DNA of 64,000 bases from Candidatus Omnitrophota bacterium (lineage in GTDB: Bacteria; Omnitrophota; Gorgyraeia; Pluralincolimonadales; Pluralincolimonadaceae): the NCBI GenBank assembly GCA_003141835.1, contig PLNR01000002.1, positions 78,026 to 142,025 on the forward strand, written 5' to 3'. The position numbers were made by a program, and so were the translations under genes. Numbering within the stretch: the first letter of the stretch is position 1; the number at the start of each line of letters is the position of its first letter. Positions 8,907-21,963 of the stretch are shown one piece after another. The notes under the pieces were generated by a model that saw nothing but the letters and a program-made list of their open reading frames with translations, did not search any database and had not been told where the DNA came from.

Positions 8907-10736
8907 TTATTCGACCGTAACTGACTTTGCAAGGTTCCTGGGCTGGTCCACGTCCCTTCCCTTCAAAACGGCGATATAATAGGCCAGCAGCTGGAGCGGC
9001 ACGACCGTCAAAAGGACCGAGAGCATCTCTTCGGTCTCGGGTACATACAAGACCGAGCTGACGTGTTTCTTTATCGAGACGTCACCCTCAGTGGCTATGG
9101 CGATTATCGCGCCGTGCCGCGCGCGGATCTCCTGTATATTGGATATCATCTTGTCGTAAGTGAGCGACCGCGGCGTGATGGCCACGACCGCCATGTTCCT
9201 GTCGATAAGAGCTATCGGCCCGTGCTTCATCTCGCCGGCGGCGTAACCCTCGGCGTGGATATACGATATCTCTTTAAGCTTCAGCGCCCCCTCGAAAGCG
9301 TTGGGATAATTCACCCCGCGGCCGATATACATAAAGCAGGGGAGCTTGTAATACTTTTTCGCGCAAGCCTTGATCGCCTCGGCCCCGTCGAGTATCCCGT
9401 CCATGTGTTCGGGGATCATTTCAAAGCTGTTCAGCACCGCCTTCAGCCGCTTTTTCGTCAACGCGCCGTTTATCCTGCCGAGATACAGCGCCAGCAGGAT
9501 AAAAGTCGCTATCTGCGCCGTATAGGCCTTGGTCGAGGCGACCCCGATCTCCGGGCCGGCGTGCGTATAGATGATGCCGTCGGATTCCCTGGCGATCGTC
9601 GAGCCGACCACGTTGCATATCGATATTACTTTTATGCCGTTCTTCTTCGCTTCGCGCAGCGCCGCGAGCGTATCCGCGGTCTCGCCGGATTGGCTCACCG
9701 CAATGAACAAACTCTTCTTCCCGTATACGGGGTCCCTGTACCTTAACTCGCTGGAGACGTCCACCCCTACCGGGATCCCGGCGAATTTCTCGATCAGGTA
9801 CTCGCCGACAAGGCCGGCATGATAAGCGGTCCCGCACGCCGAGATGACTATATTGTCGATATTCCGCAACTCGGAGACAGCAAGGTTTATACCGTCCATC
9901 TTTATCCGGCCTGCCGGGATATCGGCACGGCTTGACAATATCTTGTGGATGACCCGCGGCTGCTCGTAGATCTCCTTCAGCATGAAGTGCGCGTATCCGC
10001 CCTTTTCAGCCTGCGAGATGTCCCATTCGATATTGGTGGTCTTTTTATTTATCTTTTTCCCGTTAAGGTCGGTTATGGCGACCTTATCCCTCGTCAGGGT
10101 TATGACCTCCTGGTCGTCGACAAAGATCACCTTCCTGGTCCTGTCCATTATGGCCGGGCAGTCGGATGCGAGGAAATTCTCGCCGTCGCCCACCCCTACG
10201 ATGAGCGGGCTGCCGCACCGGGCCCCGACAAGCTTTTCAGGTTCATCCTTGTGTATCACCGCTATCGCGTATGAGCCTTTTGCGTCTTTCAGCGCGCGGC
10301 GGACCGCGTCCTCGAGGGTCCCTTTGTAATATTTTTCGATGAGATGGGGGAGTACTTCGGTGTCTGTATCCGAGATGAATTTATGGCCTTCTTTTTTGAG
10401 CTGGGCCTTGAGCTCTTCGCAGTTCTCTATTATCCCGTTGTGGACAAGCGCTATCGCCTTGCGGCAATCATAGTGGGGGTGGGCATTGATGTAGTTAGGG
10501 ACCCCGTGCGTCGCCCAACGCGTATGGGCGACCCCGGTAGTGCCGCTCAAGCGGGTCTTCTTGAGGCCCTCGTAGAGTTCTTTTATCTTGCCGGGCATCT
10601 TCAGGGTCTTTATCCTGCCCCGTTCAAGGACGGCGATGCCGGCCGAGTCATAGCCCCTGTACTCGAGCCTGGCCAGCCCTTTTATTAAAATAGGGGCGGC
10701 CTCATCCTTCCCTATATATCCGGTTATCCCGCACAT
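8907..10736 (-). CDS. glmS: Glutamine--fructose-6-phosphate aminotransferase (isomerising).
   Basis: N-terminal MCGITGYIG, where Cys2 is the Ntn glutaminase nucleophile. Two SIS domains. 609 aa, ending ...VTVE. Confidence 0.92.
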   Translation of the reverse strand: MCGITGYIGKDEAAPILIKGLARLEYRGYDSAGIAVLERGRIKTLKMPGKIKELYEGLKKTRLSGTTGVAHTRWATHGVPNYINAHPHYDCRKAIALVHNGIIENCEELKAQLKKEGHKFISDTDTEVLPHLIEKYYKGTLEDAVRRALKDAKGSYAIAVIHKDEPEKLVGARCGSPLIVGVGDGENFLASDCPAIMDRTRKVIFVDDQEVITLTRDKVAITDLNGKKINKKTTNIEWDISQAEKGGYAHFMLKEIYEQPRVIHKILSSRADIPAGRIKMDGINLAVSELRNIDNIVISACGTAYHAGLVGEYLIEKFAGIPVGVDVSSELRYRDPVYGKKSLFIAVSQSGETADTLAALREAKKNGIKVISICNVVGSTIARESDGIIYTHAGPEIGVASTKAYTAQIATFILLALYLGRINGALTKKRLKAVLNSFEMIPEHMDGILDGAEAIKACAKKYYKLPCFMYIGRGVNYPNAFEGALKLKEISYIHAEGYAAGEMKHGPIALIDRNMAVVAITPRSLTYDKMISNIQEIRARHGAIIAIATEGDVSIKKHVSSVLYVPETEEMLSVLLTVVPLQLLAYYIAVLKGRDVDQPRNLAKSVTVE

Positions 10737-10739
10737 ATC

Positions 10740-11348
10740 TTAGTCGGTAGTGAGCCTTATCTCGTCCATATATAAAACGCCTTCTTTTGCATCTACGGTC
10801 ATGTCGTCAAAGGTGACGTCCAATTCCACGATATTGCTAAGATTTCCCATCGTCCCGGTCGCCAGGAATTTCTTCACAGGGATGGAGATCTTCTGCCAGT
10901 TATCGGTTATGCCTGTTACCCGGCAGGTCGCTCGCTGGCCGCTTGAGCTTGTCAGTGTTACGCTGAATTTCGTCGTAAAACCCTTGTCAGGGTCGCCCTT
11001 AATCAGGAAGGTCAGGTTTTTGTACGGCGCAAGATTCATCTTGTTGAGCATTATATAAATCCCGTTTAAGGCCGGCCCGTTCGTAGCTACGTCATATGTT
11101 ATCTTCGCGACATGCGTCGACCCCGTCCTCCCCATCACGCCGTAGACATCGATCGTTTCCATCGTGGTGCCTTGGCTGGAATCGAGGGGGTTGGAGGTCC
11201 ATGTCCCCATCTCAGTGCCCAAGTCGCTCTTCGTAGCGCTTTCGAAACTGGTTAAGAGAAGGTCGTCGGCAAAAACTTGAGCGTTGAAAATTAACGATAC
11301 CGACAGAAAAAGAAGTGCGGATAAGATCCTGGCTGTTCTGTTTCCCAT
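10740..11348 (-). CDS. Secreted hypothetical protein, predicted beta-sandwich and possibly CIA30/CBM11-like carbohydrate-binding.
   Basis: Start reassigned to MGNRTARILSALLFLSVSLIFNAQVFA (ATG 11346-11348, AGGAGG 8 nt upstream). The longer ORF would overlap tRNA-Glu. Signal peptide. The fold call comes from sequence composition only. Confidence 0.5.
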   Translation of the reverse strand: MGNRTARILSALLFLSVSLIFNAQVFADDLLLTSFESATKSDLGTEMGTWTSNPLDSSQGTTMETIDVYGVMGRTGSTHVAKITYDVATNGPALNGIYIMLNKMNLAPYKNLTFLIKGDPDKGFTTKFSVTLTSSSGQRATCRVTGITDNWQKISIPVKKFLATGTMGNLSNIVELDVTFDDMTVDAKEGVLYMDEIRLTTD

Positions 11349-11370
11349 TACAGGCCTCCTTTTTTTATTT

Positions 11371-11447
11371 TGGCGTCCCCACGGGGATTTGAACCCCGGT
11401 CGCAAGCTTGAAAAGCTCGTGTCCTGACCAGGCTAGACGATGGGGAC
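11371..11447 (-). tRNA. tRNA-Glu (anticodon UUC).
   Basis: Reverse complement is GTCCCCATCGTCTAGCCTGGTCAGGACACGAGCTTTTCAAGCTTGCGACCGGGGTTCAAATCCCCGTGGGGACGCCA. It has a cloverleaf with a 7-bp acceptor stem, a TTC anticodon in a 7-nt loop and an encoded CCA. The 3' end closely matches E. coli tRNA-Glu (GGGGACGCCA). Confidence 0.9.
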
Positions 11448-11461
11448 GCTGTATTTTTCCG

Positions 11462-13915
11462 TTATTTCTTCTCCGCTTCGCCTTCGGCCTCTTCCACTTC
11501 CGCGACCGAGGCGATGGAGGATACCCTGTCTTTATCGTCGAGCTTTATGATCCTCACGCCCTGCGCGGCGCGTCCGGTCGACCGGATGTCCTTGACCGGG
11601 CAACGGACTATTACGCCCTTGCCGGTCATGATCATTATCTCGTCTTTTTCCGAAACGGTCTTGAGGGCGACGGCCTCGCCGTTCTTCGCGGTGACCCTGA
11701 TGTTTATGATGCCTTTGCCGCCGCGGCTCTGCGTCCTGTATTCCTTGAACTGCGACCTCTTGCCGAAACCTAACGAAGTGACGGTAAGTATCGTAGCTTC
11801 CGGGTCGGCGACAGACATCGCGATGACCTCGTCCTTTTTAGCGAGACTTATGCCTTTGACGCCTTTTGCCGAGCGCCCCATATCCCTGACCTGCGATTCC
11901 GGGAACCTTATCGCCTTGCCTTCCCTTGTGGCGAGCAGTATCTCTTTCTTCCCGTCGGTCATTTCGACGCCTATGAGCTCGTCGCCTTTTTCAAGCGTTA
12001 TCCCTATTATCCCGCCTTTGCGCGGGTGGCTATAGGCTTCCAGCGTGGTCTTCTTTATTATACCCTGCTTCGTCGCCATGACCAGGAAATTGCCTTCTTT
12101 ATATTCTTTTACCGGGATGAAGGCGCTCATCTTCTCGCCCTGCTGCATCTCGAGGAGATTGATGATGGCTTTCCCTCTCGCCTGGCGCCCGGCCTGCGGT
12201 ATATCGTAGACCTTAAGCCACAGGACGCGCCCCTGGTTGGAGAAGAATAATATGTGCTCGTGCGTGGTCGCAATGAAGAGGTGTTCGACGAAATCTTCCT
12301 CTTTCACGTCCGCTCCGGTCACGCCGTGGCCGCCGCGGCGCTGTTTCCTGTACGCCGAGACCGGCAGGCGCTTGATATACCCCGTATTGCTCACGGTTAT
12401 CACGACATCCTCTTCGGCAATAAGGTCCTCGACCTCGAGGTCCTCGACCTCGCCGACGACATCGGTCATCCTCTCGTCGCCGTATTTCTCTTTTATCTTC
12501 AGGACCTCTTCTTTTACTATCTGGTATACCTTCTTCTCGCTCTTTAATATGGACTCGTACAATTCTATCTTTTTTATGAGTTCGAGATATTCCGCCTCGA
12601 GCTTATCGCGTTCCAGGGCCGTCAACCTGCGCAGCTGCATCTCGAGTATCGCCTGGGCTTGGACGTCGCTGAAATCGAATTTCTTGATGAGGGCTTCTTT
12701 CGCCTCGGCCTCTGATTTGGATTTCTTTATGAGCTCTATTATCTTGTCGAGGTTCGCGAGCGCCTTCTTCAGGCCTTCGAGTATGTGCGCCCTCTCCTTG
12801 GCCCTTGCCAGGTCGAATTTAGTCCTGCGTATTACTATCTCTTTCCTGTGCGCTATGTAGCACTCAAGCATCTGCTTGAGGTTCAACACCTTCGGCCTGT
12901 TCTCCACAAGCGCCAGCATTATTATGCCGAACGATACCTCAAGCTGGGTGTGCTTATAGAGCTGGTTCAGTATCACCTGGGCGTTCGCGTCGCGCTTCAG
13001 CTCGATGACTACCCTCAGGCCGTCCTTATCCGACTCGTCGCGTATATCGGATATCCCCTCTATCTTCTTGTCGGTGACAAGCTGGGCGACCGCCTCTATC
13101 ATGTTCGCCTTGTTCACCTGGTATGGTATCTCGGTAATGATTATGGATTCTTTCCCTGATTTCTGCTCCTCTATCCCGGCCCTCGCGCGGATCTTTATCA
13201 GGCCCCGGCCCGTGGTATAGGCCTGTTTTATCCCCTCGCGGCCGCAGATTATGCCGCCCGTCGGGAAGTCAGGCGCCTTTATTATCTTCATCAGGTCTTT
13301 GATGGAGATCTCCGGGTCGTCTATCACAGCCGTGACGCCCTGCGATACTTCTGTAAGGTTATGCGGGGGAATATTCGTGGCCATGCCGACCGCGATACCC
13401 GACGACCCATTTATCAAAAGGTTCGGAAGCGTCGCCGGCAGCACAGTCGGTTCCTTGAGCGAGGCATCAAAGTTTGGTACGAATTCAACAGTATCTTTTT
13501 CGAGATCGGAAAGCATCTCCTCGGTTATGGCTGCCATGCGCGCCTCGGTGTATCTCATGGCCGCCGGCGAGTCGCCGTCCACGGAACCAAAGTTGCCCTG
13601 GCCTTCGGCCAGCGGGTACCTTAACGAGAAATCCTGGACCATCCTAACGAGCGAATCATAGACAGCCACGTCGCCGTGCGGATGGTATTTACCGAGGACC
13701 TCACCGACGATCCTCGCCGACTTCTTATAGGGCTTAGTATGCTCGAGCCCGAGTTCTTTCATCCCGTAGAGTATCCTGCGGTGTACCGGTTTAAGGCCGT
13801 CGCGCACGTCGGGCAGGGCGCGGCCTACGATAACGCTCATCGCGTATGAGATATAAGAATCTTTCATCTCGTCTTCGATATATACAGGGACTATCTTCTC
13901 ATTGCGCGCGTACAT
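11462..13915 (-). CDS. gyrA: DNA gyrase subunit A.
   Basis: 817 aa. Active-site region AAMRYTE, N-terminal ...[12 protein letters not shown]..., and C-terminal beta-pinwheel repeats. Confidence 0.95.
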   Translation of the reverse strand: MYARNEKIVPVYIEDEMKDSYISYAMSVIVGRALPDVRDGLKPVHRRILYGMKELGLEHTKPYKKSARIVGEVLGKYHPHGDVAVYDSLVRMVQDFSLRYPLAEGQGNFGSVDGDSPAAMRYTEARMAAITEEMLSDLEKDTVEFVPNFDASLKEPTVLPATLPNLLINGSSGIAVGMATNIPPHNLTEVSQGVTAVIDDPEISIKDLMKIIKAPDFPTGGIICGREGIKQAYTTGRGLIKIRARAGIEEQKSGKESIIITEIPYQVNKANMIEAVAQLVTDKKIEGISDIRDESDKDGLRVVIELKRDANAQVILNQLYKHTQLEVSFGIIMLALVENRPKVLNLKQMLECYIAHRKEIVIRRTKFDLARAKERAHILEGLKKALANLDKIIELIKKSKSEAEAKEALIKKFDFSDVQAQAILEMQLRRLTALERDKLEAEYLELIKKIELYESILKSEKKVYQIVKEEVLKIKEKYGDERMTDVVGEVEDLEVEDLIAEEDVVITVSNTGYIKRLPVSAYRKQRRGGHGVTGADVKEEDFVEHLFIATTHEHILFFSNQGRVLWLKVYDIPQAGRQARGKAIINLLEMQQGEKMSAFIPVKEYKEGNFLVMATKQGIIKKTTLEAYSHPRKGGIIGITLEKGDELIGVEMTDGKKEILLATREGKAIRFPESQVRDMGRSAKGVKGISLAKKDEVIAMSVADPEATILTVTSLGFGKRSQFKEYRTQSRGGKGIINIRVTAKNGEAVALKTVSEKDEIMIMTGKGVIVRCPVKDIRSTGRAAQGVRIIKLDDKDRVSSIASVAEVEEAEGEAEKK

Positions 13916-13938
13916 ATTAGACCTATAATCCTCCTATC

Positions 13939-16395
<2,457 letters not shown>

Positions 16396-16695
16396 CTATA
16401 TCTCCCCTATCCTGAGTTTTATATCTTTGACCGGGCCCTCTCCCAGTTCGCTCTTTATTTTCGCCAGGATCCCGGCCTTCTCCATCGTCAATTTATGGAG
16501 CCAACTCGACGAGTCCACATGGACCACAAGGACCCCTTCTTTTATATCCACGGGCTTCGCGTGCTTTACCGAAGCTTCGCCCGCCGCTCTAGCCCACACT
16601 TCGCCGAGCATCCCAGCTTGCGAAACTTTCCCGCCGCCCAGGTTCTTCAGTATCCCGTCCAACACATCTTTAATGACGACGGGCCTATTCTTCAT
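16396..16695 (-). CDS. DUF721 (DciA-like) protein.
   Basis: 99 aa. Conserved W..A.G...A...P.....G.L.V.V.SS.W..L pattern. Canonical position between dnaN and gyrB. Confidence 0.6.
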   Translation of the reverse strand: MKNRPVVIKDVLDGILKNLGGGKVSQAGMLGEVWARAAGEASVKHAKPVDIKEGVLVVHVDSSSWLHKLTMEKAGILAKIKSELGEGPVKDIKLRIGEI

Positions 16696-16698
16696 CTG

Positions 16699-17799
16699 TT
16701 ATTCGGTGCGCACCGGCAGGACTATGTACACATAATCTCCGCCTTCCGCCCTTATCACGCCGCGCCTGTCCTGGCCGGCAAATTCAAAATCCACTTCCTC
16801 TTCGGATATGTTCTTAAGCGCGTCCATGAGGTAATTCGGGTTGAAGCCGATGGTGAATTCATCTCCGGAATATTCGCAATCAACCTCTTCGCGCGACTCG
16901 CTGCCGTCCTGCGACGCCTTGGATATTATGGCCCTGTTCTTCAGCAGGTCCAGTTTGATCGACTGTGAATCCGGTGTCGCGAGCAAACTCGCCCTTTTTA
17001 CCGCCGCATAAAAATTATCCCTGTTAACCTTCATCTTATCCTGGCCCTGCTTCGGGATAACCTGTTCATAATTGGGGTATTCGCCTTCTATTAACCTTGT
17101 TATGAGCTGCGAATCGTCCAGCTCGAAGGCAACCTGGTTCTCGCTAAACAATATCTTTACGTCGCCGTCGTCCTTTAATATCCTCTGCAGCTCGTTGACC
17201 GCCTTAGACGGGACGATGATCCTTTTTGTGAACCCGGGAGGTTTCGGCGTCTCTTTCTCTACCATCGCGAGCCTTCTCCCGTCGGTAGCTACGACGCGCA
17301 ATTTCTTGTCTGATAGGACGAACAGGACCCCGTTAAGGATGTACCTGGTCTCGTCCTTGGATATCGCGAATGCCGTAGAATTTAAGATAGACTTTAACTG
17401 CCTTTGCGGCATGGCCAGTGTGTCTTTATCTGACAGCTCGGGGACCTTCGGGAACTCGTCTTTCGGCAGCCCCATTATTTTAAATATCGATTTATCGCAT
17501 TTTATCGTGACCTGGTTATTCTTTTTGGCGGAAAGGCTTATTTCTTTATTTGGGAGCTCTTTCACTATATCGCTTATTTTTTTCGCTGGGATGGATATCG
17601 AACCTTCCTCCTGGACGTCGACCCCGCTTATTTTTGATATCACCCCTATTTCAAGATCCGTGGCTATGAGCCTCATTTTGTCTTTCGACGCTTCGAACAA
17701 TATATTAGATAAGATGGGCAATCCGCTTTTTTGCGATACCGCGTTTTGCACAGTCTGTATCCCTCTCTGTAGTATCTCCCGGGTCAACTTAACTTCCAT
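16699..17799 (-). CDS. dnaN: DNA polymerase III beta sliding clamp.
   Basis: 366 aa, three-domain clamp. N-terminus MEVKLTREILQRGIQTVQNAVSQKS... Confidence 0.9.
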   Translation of the reverse strand: MEVKLTREILQRGIQTVQNAVSQKSGLPILSNILFEASKDKMRLIATDLEIGVISKISGVDVQEEGSISIPAKKISDIVKELPNKEISLSAKKNNQVTIKCDKSIFKIMGLPKDEFPKVPELSDKDTLAMPQRQLKSILNSTAFAISKDETRYILNGVLFVLSDKKLRVVATDGRRLAMVEKETPKPPGFTKRIIVPSKAVNELQRILKDDGDVKILFSENQVAFELDDSQLITRLIEGEYPNYEQVIPKQGQDKMKVNRDNFYAAVKRASLLATPDSQSIKLDLLKNRAIISKASQDGSESREEVDCEYSGDEFTIGFNPNYLMDALKNISEEEVDFEFAGQDRRGVIRAEGGDYVYIVLPVRTE

Positions 17800-17839
17800 C
17801 TCTTCTCCTTCTTCTTATTTATTAATTAAAAATAGTAGT

Positions 17840-18050
17840 AGAAGTAGTAACGCCTGTTCATTTGTGAACAACAACACAACACCTTAACCAACGGCTAATT
17901 ATAGAAAAATCTCACCTAAAAGTTATGCACAGGTTGCTAACACAAAGCAGCGTTTCTTTTGAAATCCCGGCTCTAAGCCTGAGTTATGCACAATTACGAA
18001 CAGGTTATCCACAACAAAAGCAAAGCTAGTCAACAGGTTATTCACCCCTT
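17840..18050. promoter_or_regulatory. Probable oriC core: AT-rich unwinding element plus four co-oriented DnaA boxes.
   Basis: TTATGCACA at 17923-17931 and 17984-17992. Perfect TTATCCACA at 18005-18013. TTATTCACC at 18038-18046. AT-rich run ttattaattaaaaatagtagtagaagtag at 17815-17850. Palindrome TGTTCATTTGTGAACA at 17855-17870. Genes diverge from this point. Confidence 0.6.
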
Positions 18051-19399
18051 ATCTGGGTCATAAGCTTGTTTACCAGCTCTTTTATTTTAGCGTCTTTTTT
18101 CATGTCCGACTCTATGCTCTCGCAGGCGTGTAAAATAGTAGTGTGGTCCCTGTCCCCGCATAACTCACCTATTTCAGGCAGTGAGTGGTCGGTCAGTTTC
18201 CTTATGAGGTACATAGAGATCTGCCGCGGCACGACCATCTGCTTCGTCCTCCGCCTGCCTTTTATATCCGATACGCGCACGTTGAAATAACTCGCAACTT
18301 CCTCGAATATCGACTCTGCGAGTATCCGCGATTCCTTCTCTTTTACCATATCCTTCAGGACCGAGCGGGCCAGCTCAAGCGTGACGCTCTGCTTAAGGAG
18401 GACGGCGTTCGCGACGACTCGTTTCAACGCGCCTTCGAGCTCGCGTATATTGGACTTTATCTTTTCCCCTATATAGAAGATGACATCATCAGGGACGGCT
18501 ATGCTCTCCCTCTTTAATTTCTGGCGTAATATAGCTATCCTCGTCTCGAAATCCGGCTGGGATATTGAGACGATCAGGCCCCACTCAAACCTCGAGACGA
18601 GCCTCTCCTCAAGCCTGTCGATCTCCTTGGGCGGCTTGTCGCTGGAAAGGACTATCTGCTTATGCGCGTCGTGCAGGGTGTTAAAGGTGTGGAAGAACTC
18701 TTCCTGCGTCGACTCTTTCCCGGCGATGAAATGGACATCGTCTATTAGAAGGACGTCTACGGTCCTGTATCTTGCCCTGAACCTGTCCGTCGACCGGTTT
18801 TGTATGGATTGTATCAGCTGGTTCGTGAACTGCTCACTCGTTATGTAAACCACTTTCATGCCCGGGTTTTTCGCCGCGACGCAATGCCCGATGGCATTCA
18901 TCAGATGCGTCTTCCCCATACCCGCCTTCCCGTATATGAAGAGCGGGTTGTAGGCCTTTGCCGGGGATTCGGCGACGGCCATCGCGGCGGCATGCGCCAT
19001 CTTGTTGCTCGAGCCGATGACGAAATCATCGAAAGTGTAAGCCGGGTTAAGCCCGATATTATTCTGGGCTTCCTGCTTTTTCGGTGAATCCGCGGATCTT
19101 ACGGCGGCGCTGGCAGCGGCAGGCGGGACATAATCCGGCTCCCTGGCCGAATAACGGAAATCCAGCGCCAGGTTATCGCCGGCGACATCCTTGAGGGTGG
19201 ACCTGATCAAATCCAGGTGATGCTCAAGCAGCCAATCCTTAAAGAAGCTGTTAGGGACCTCGAGGACAAGACACCCTTTCGAGATCTCCAGCCCCTTTGT
19301 GGGCTTAAACCATGTCTCAAAAGTCTGGGGGTTTACCTTGGATTTAATGAGGTCCTTGGCTTTTTCCCAGACCTCGATGATATTCTTTATATTTTCCAT
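18038..19399 (-). CDS. dnaA: Chromosomal replication initiator protein DnaA.
   Basis: 453 aa. Walker [11 protein letters not shown], an AAA+ core and a C-terminal DNA-binding helix-turn-helix. Confidence 0.95.
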   Translation of the reverse strand: MENIKNIIEVWEKAKDLIKSKVNPQTFETWFKPTKGLEISKGCLVLEVPNSFFKDWLLEHHLDLIRSTLKDVAGDNLALDFRYSAREPDYVPPAAASAAVRSADSPKKQEAQNNIGLNPAYTFDDFVIGSSNKMAHAAAMAVAESPAKAYNPLFIYGKAGMGKTHLMNAIGHCVAAKNPGMKVVYITSEQFTNQLIQSIQNRSTDRFRARYRTVDVLLIDDVHFIAGKESTQEEFFHTFNTLHDAHKQIVLSSDKPPKEIDRLEERLVSRFEWGLIVSISQPDFETRIAILRQKLKRESIAVPDDVIFYIGEKIKSNIRELEGALKRVVANAVLLKQSVTLELARSVLKDMVKEKESRILAESIFEEVASYFNVRVSDIKGRRRTKQMVVPRQISMYLIRKLTDHSLPEIGELCGDRDHTTILHACESIESDMKKDAKIKELVNKLMTQIRGE

Positions 19400-19416
19400 A
19401 AAAAGGCCGCAAAAAG

Positions 19417-19436
19417 TTATTCACAATTTATTCACA
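19417..19436. promoter_or_regulatory. Tandem DnaA boxes upstream of dnaA (autoregulation or second oriC module).
   Basis: TTATTCACA at 19417-19425 and again at 19428-19436 (TTATNCACA consensus). They are direct repeats 11 bp apart and sit 18-37 nt upstream of the dnaA start. Confidence 0.55.
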
Positions 19437-19512
19437 GGCCGCAACCGGGGCGGGCCGTGCCAAACCTTGATAAATTATAGCAAAGAGACCGTCCGGTTGC
19501 AAGAACTTTTTC

Positions 19513-19540
19513 TTGACTAAGCCGGCAATCGTGCTATAAT
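19513..19540 (+). promoter_or_regulatory. Sigma70-type promoter for the rpmH-rnpA-yidD-yidC operon.
   Basis: TTGACT (19513-19518), a 16-nt spacer, then TATAAT (19535-19540). It is 29 nt upstream of the rpmH ATG, which has SD AAAAGGAGAGG. Confidence 0.6.
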
Positions 19541-19568
19541 CGTCCTTTAACTTTAAAAGGAGAGGACA

Positions 19569-19706
19569 ATGAAGAAGAACATTACCCTAAAATCCAATTT
19601 AAAGAGGGTGCGCGCCCACGGGTTCAGGAAAAGGATGTCAACCGCGGACGGCAGAGCGATCTTAAGGAGAAGGCGCCAAAAAGGCAGAAAGCGCCTTATC
19701 CCCTAA
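19569..19706 (+). CDS. rpmH: 50S ribosomal protein L34.
   Basis: Not in the ORF track because it is under 60 aa. Translation [45 protein letters not shown] (45 aa) matches the L34 consensus ...KR.R.HGFR.RM.T..GR.VL.RRR.KGRK.L. Confidence 0.9.
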   Translation: MKKNITLKSNLKRVRAHGFRKRMSTADGRAILRRRRQKGRKRLIP

Positions 19707-19720
19707 CCCTTCGGTTCCCC

Positions 19721-20077
19721 ATGAAGAGGTTCTCCCTTTCGCGTTCCGAGAGGATAACCAAGACAACTGATTTTAAGCGGATATTCAAAACCGCCCAATT
19801 TTATAACGGGAAAGCCTTAAAACTCGGCGTCTCGCGCAACGACCTCGGCGTCTCGAGGATAGGCGTTTCGCTGCGCAAGCACGTATTCAAGCTTGCCGTT
19901 TCCCGCAATAGGCTTCGCAGGTGCGTCAAGGAGATCTTCAGGTTAAGCAAAGAAAAACTGGTAAAAGGCTGCGATCTCATAGTTATCCCGAGGGCCGCGG
20001 CCGCTGGTTTAAAATACGAAGAATTGAGTTCAGGGTTCCTGGCATTAGCAAAGAAAGCAGGCGTCACCAAGGATTAA
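19721..20077 (+). CDS. rnpA: Ribonuclease P protein component.
   Basis: 118 aa, basic. RNR-like motif region (KLAVSRNRLRRCVKEIFR). Immediately downstream of rpmH. Confidence 0.85.
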   Translation: MKRFSLSRSERITKTTDFKRIFKTAQFYNGKALKLGVSRNDLGVSRIGVSLRKHVFKLAVSRNRLRRCVKEIFRLSKEKLVKGCDLIVIPRAAAAGLKYEELSSGFLALAKKAGVTKD

Positions 20078-20290
20078 ATGGCCAAAAATTTTTTAGTATC
20101 CCTGATTAAATTTTATCGTAACTTCTTGTCTGGGTATAAGTTACAATGTTGCAGATATTATCCCTCCTGTTCGGAATACGCGGCTGAAGCGATAGAAAAG
20201 AAGGGCATCTTCAAAGGCATCCTTCTTTCATCTTTCAGGATATTAAGGTGCAACCCATTATCTAAAGGCGGATACGATCCGGTAAAATAA
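20078..20290 (+). CDS. yidD: Membrane protein insertion efficiency factor YidD.
   Basis: 70 aa with CxxxC...C...GG.DP ([20 protein letters not shown]...GGYDPV). Adjacent to yidC. Confidence 0.85.
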   Translation: MAKNFLVSLIKFYRNFLSGYKLQCCRYYPSCSEYAAEAIEKKGIFKGILLSSFRILRCNPLSKGGYDPVK

Positions 20291-20291
20291 T

Positions 20292-21956
20292 ATGAATATG
20301 GAAAAACGCGCGTTATTGGCTATCGTCATATCAATGGCAATACTGTTGTTGTCCCAGCCGCTCATGGTCAAATACTTCCCACAGAAGAAAACAGTGGTTG
20401 CGACATCCGCCGCAACCACTAAAACGGTCCAAGGCCCGGCAGTGGTTGCGAATACTGCCACAACCGCCACTTCGCAAACGCAAAAGGCAGGATCGCCGGC
20501 CCAGGCAGTCAAGCTAGCCGACGAAAAAGACATTATTTTCGAGAACGAAGAGTATCGCGCAGTCCTTTCGAACGCAGGCGGCGTCATTAAAAAGGCCTTT
20601 CTCAAAAAGCACCCCGGTTCAGACGGCAAGCCGATGGTATTATTTGACGAATCGAACCCGTCCGACGCCACATTTGCAGTGTCCGGGCTCGAACCCGCCA
20701 TCGACAACGCCGTATTTTCTTACTCGACGCGCCCGAACGGGATTCTCTTTACCGCTAAGTCGCCCGACGGGATAAGCATAGAGAAAGAGATAACCTTCCG
20801 GCCGGGAAGCTACGCTATAAACCTGCGGCAGACGCTTACTAACTATTCCGGCCAGTCTCGGAACCTTAAATATTCGATCGTCAACGGAGCCGGCTTGACG
20901 AACCTTTCGCCGCAGGACGAGACATACGATGAGCTCGTCAAGGAGATCGACGGCAAGATAACCAACGTGAACAAGAGGTCGCTCAAAAAACCGGCTACAT
21001 GGGACGGCATGCAGGTTAATTGGGTCTCGCTGAAAGCCAAATATTTTTCCTTAATAACAAAACCCCCGGTCTCTTTCAAAATAGTTTCTTCTAACACATT
21101 GCAAGACAAGAACTTACAATCAAAAATAAGCTCGGATAGTTTCACCGTAGCCCCTAATTCCTCGGTGACCCATGAATTCGTCTTATACGCCGGGCCGAAC
21201 GAATATAAGAAAATCAGCAGCCTGAAACTGGATTTTGAGGATTCCCTCTACCTGGGCTTTACAGGAAGCATAGGCCGCATATTATTCGTTATTTTGGAAC
21301 ATATCCAAAAGTTGGCAAAAAACTGGGGCCTTTCAATAATATTGCTTACAGTTTTTATAAATATATTGCTCTTCCCGCTCACGTTCAAAGGCATAAAATC
21401 GATGAAGCAGATGCAGGCGCTCCAGCCGAAGATGGAGGCGTTGCGCAAGGCGCATAAAAAGGATCCCCAGAAGCTCAACAAAGAGATAATGGAGCTATAT
21501 AAGAAATATAAGGTAAACCCGGTGAGCGGCTGCCTGCCCATGATATTGCAGATGCCGGTATTCTTCGCCTTATACCAGGTCCTTATGAGGTCGATAGAGC
21601 TAAGAGGCGCATCGTTCCTATGGATAAAAGACCTTTCGCAGCCGGATAGATTGATCGTGTTTAAAACTCCTATCTTATTGATAGGAAACGAGTTCAACAT
21701 TTTACCCATCTTAATGGCGATCGGAATGTTCTTCCAGCAGAAGATGTCTACACCCACCCATTCAGGGGCTGACGACCAGATGGTCCAACAGCAGAAGATG
21801 ATGATGATCATGATGCCCATCCTTTTCGGGTTCATGTTCTATCACCTCCCCTCCGGCCTCGTAATGTATTGGCTTACCAATACGGTCTTGACCGTAGCCG
21901 AGCAGGAGATATTCCTCAAAAAGCAATTGTTCCACGTGGAACAATCGGAGAGTTAG
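20292..21956 (+). CDS. yidC: Membrane protein insertase YidC.
   Basis: 554 aa. N-terminal TM anchor, large periplasmic P1 domain, and the C-terminal 5-TM 60 kDa IMP domain (GCLPMILQMPVFFALYQVL). Confidence 0.9.
   Translation: MNMEKRALLAIVISMAILLLSQPLMVKYFPQKKTVVATSAATTKTVQGPAVVANTATTATSQTQKAGSPAQAVKLADEKDIIFENEEYRAVLSNAGGVIKKAFLKKHPGSDGKPMVLFDESNPSDATFAVSGLEPAIDNAVFSYSTRPNGILFTAKSPDGISIEKEITFRPGSYAINLRQTLTNYSGQSRNLKYSIVNGAGLTNLSPQDETYDELVKEIDGKITNVNKRSLKKPATWDGMQVNWVSLKAKYFSLITKPPVSFKIVSSNTLQDKNLQSKISSDSFTVAPNSSVTHEFVLYAGPNEYKKISSLKLDFEDSLYLGFTGSIGRILFVILEHIQKLAKNWGLSIILLTVFINILLFPLTFKGIKSMKQMQALQPKMEALRKAHKKDPQKLNKEIMELYKKYKVNPVSGCLPMILQMPVFFALYQVLMRSIELRGASFLWIKDLSQPDRLIVFKTPILLIGNEFNILPILMAIGMFFQQKMSTPTHSGADDQMVQQQKMMMIMMPILFGFMFYHLPSGLVMYWLTNTVLTVAEQEIFLKKQLFHVEQSES
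21928..21943. promoter_or_regulatory. parS centromere-like site 1.
   Basis: TGTTCCACGTGGAACA is a perfect 16-bp palindrome and a variant of the parS consensus tGTTNCACGTGAAACa. The palindrome extends to 20 bp (ATTGTTCCACGTGGAACAAT). It lies in the last codons of yidC. Confidence 0.7.
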
Positions 21957-21963
21957 AAGGTTT

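Noticed and set aside
8907-11000. A glmS ribozyme or other riboswitch upstream of glmS.
   Set aside because: glmS starts 3 nt after the stop of the upstream gene, so there is no leader space. The organism looks diderm, where the glmS ribozyme is not expected.
11349-11405. Upstream extension of the secreted-protein ORF (MRPGFKSPWGRQNKKRRPV...).
   Set aside because: It runs into the tRNA-Glu gene. An internal ATG with a perfect AGGAGG RBS and a clean signal peptide begins at 11348.
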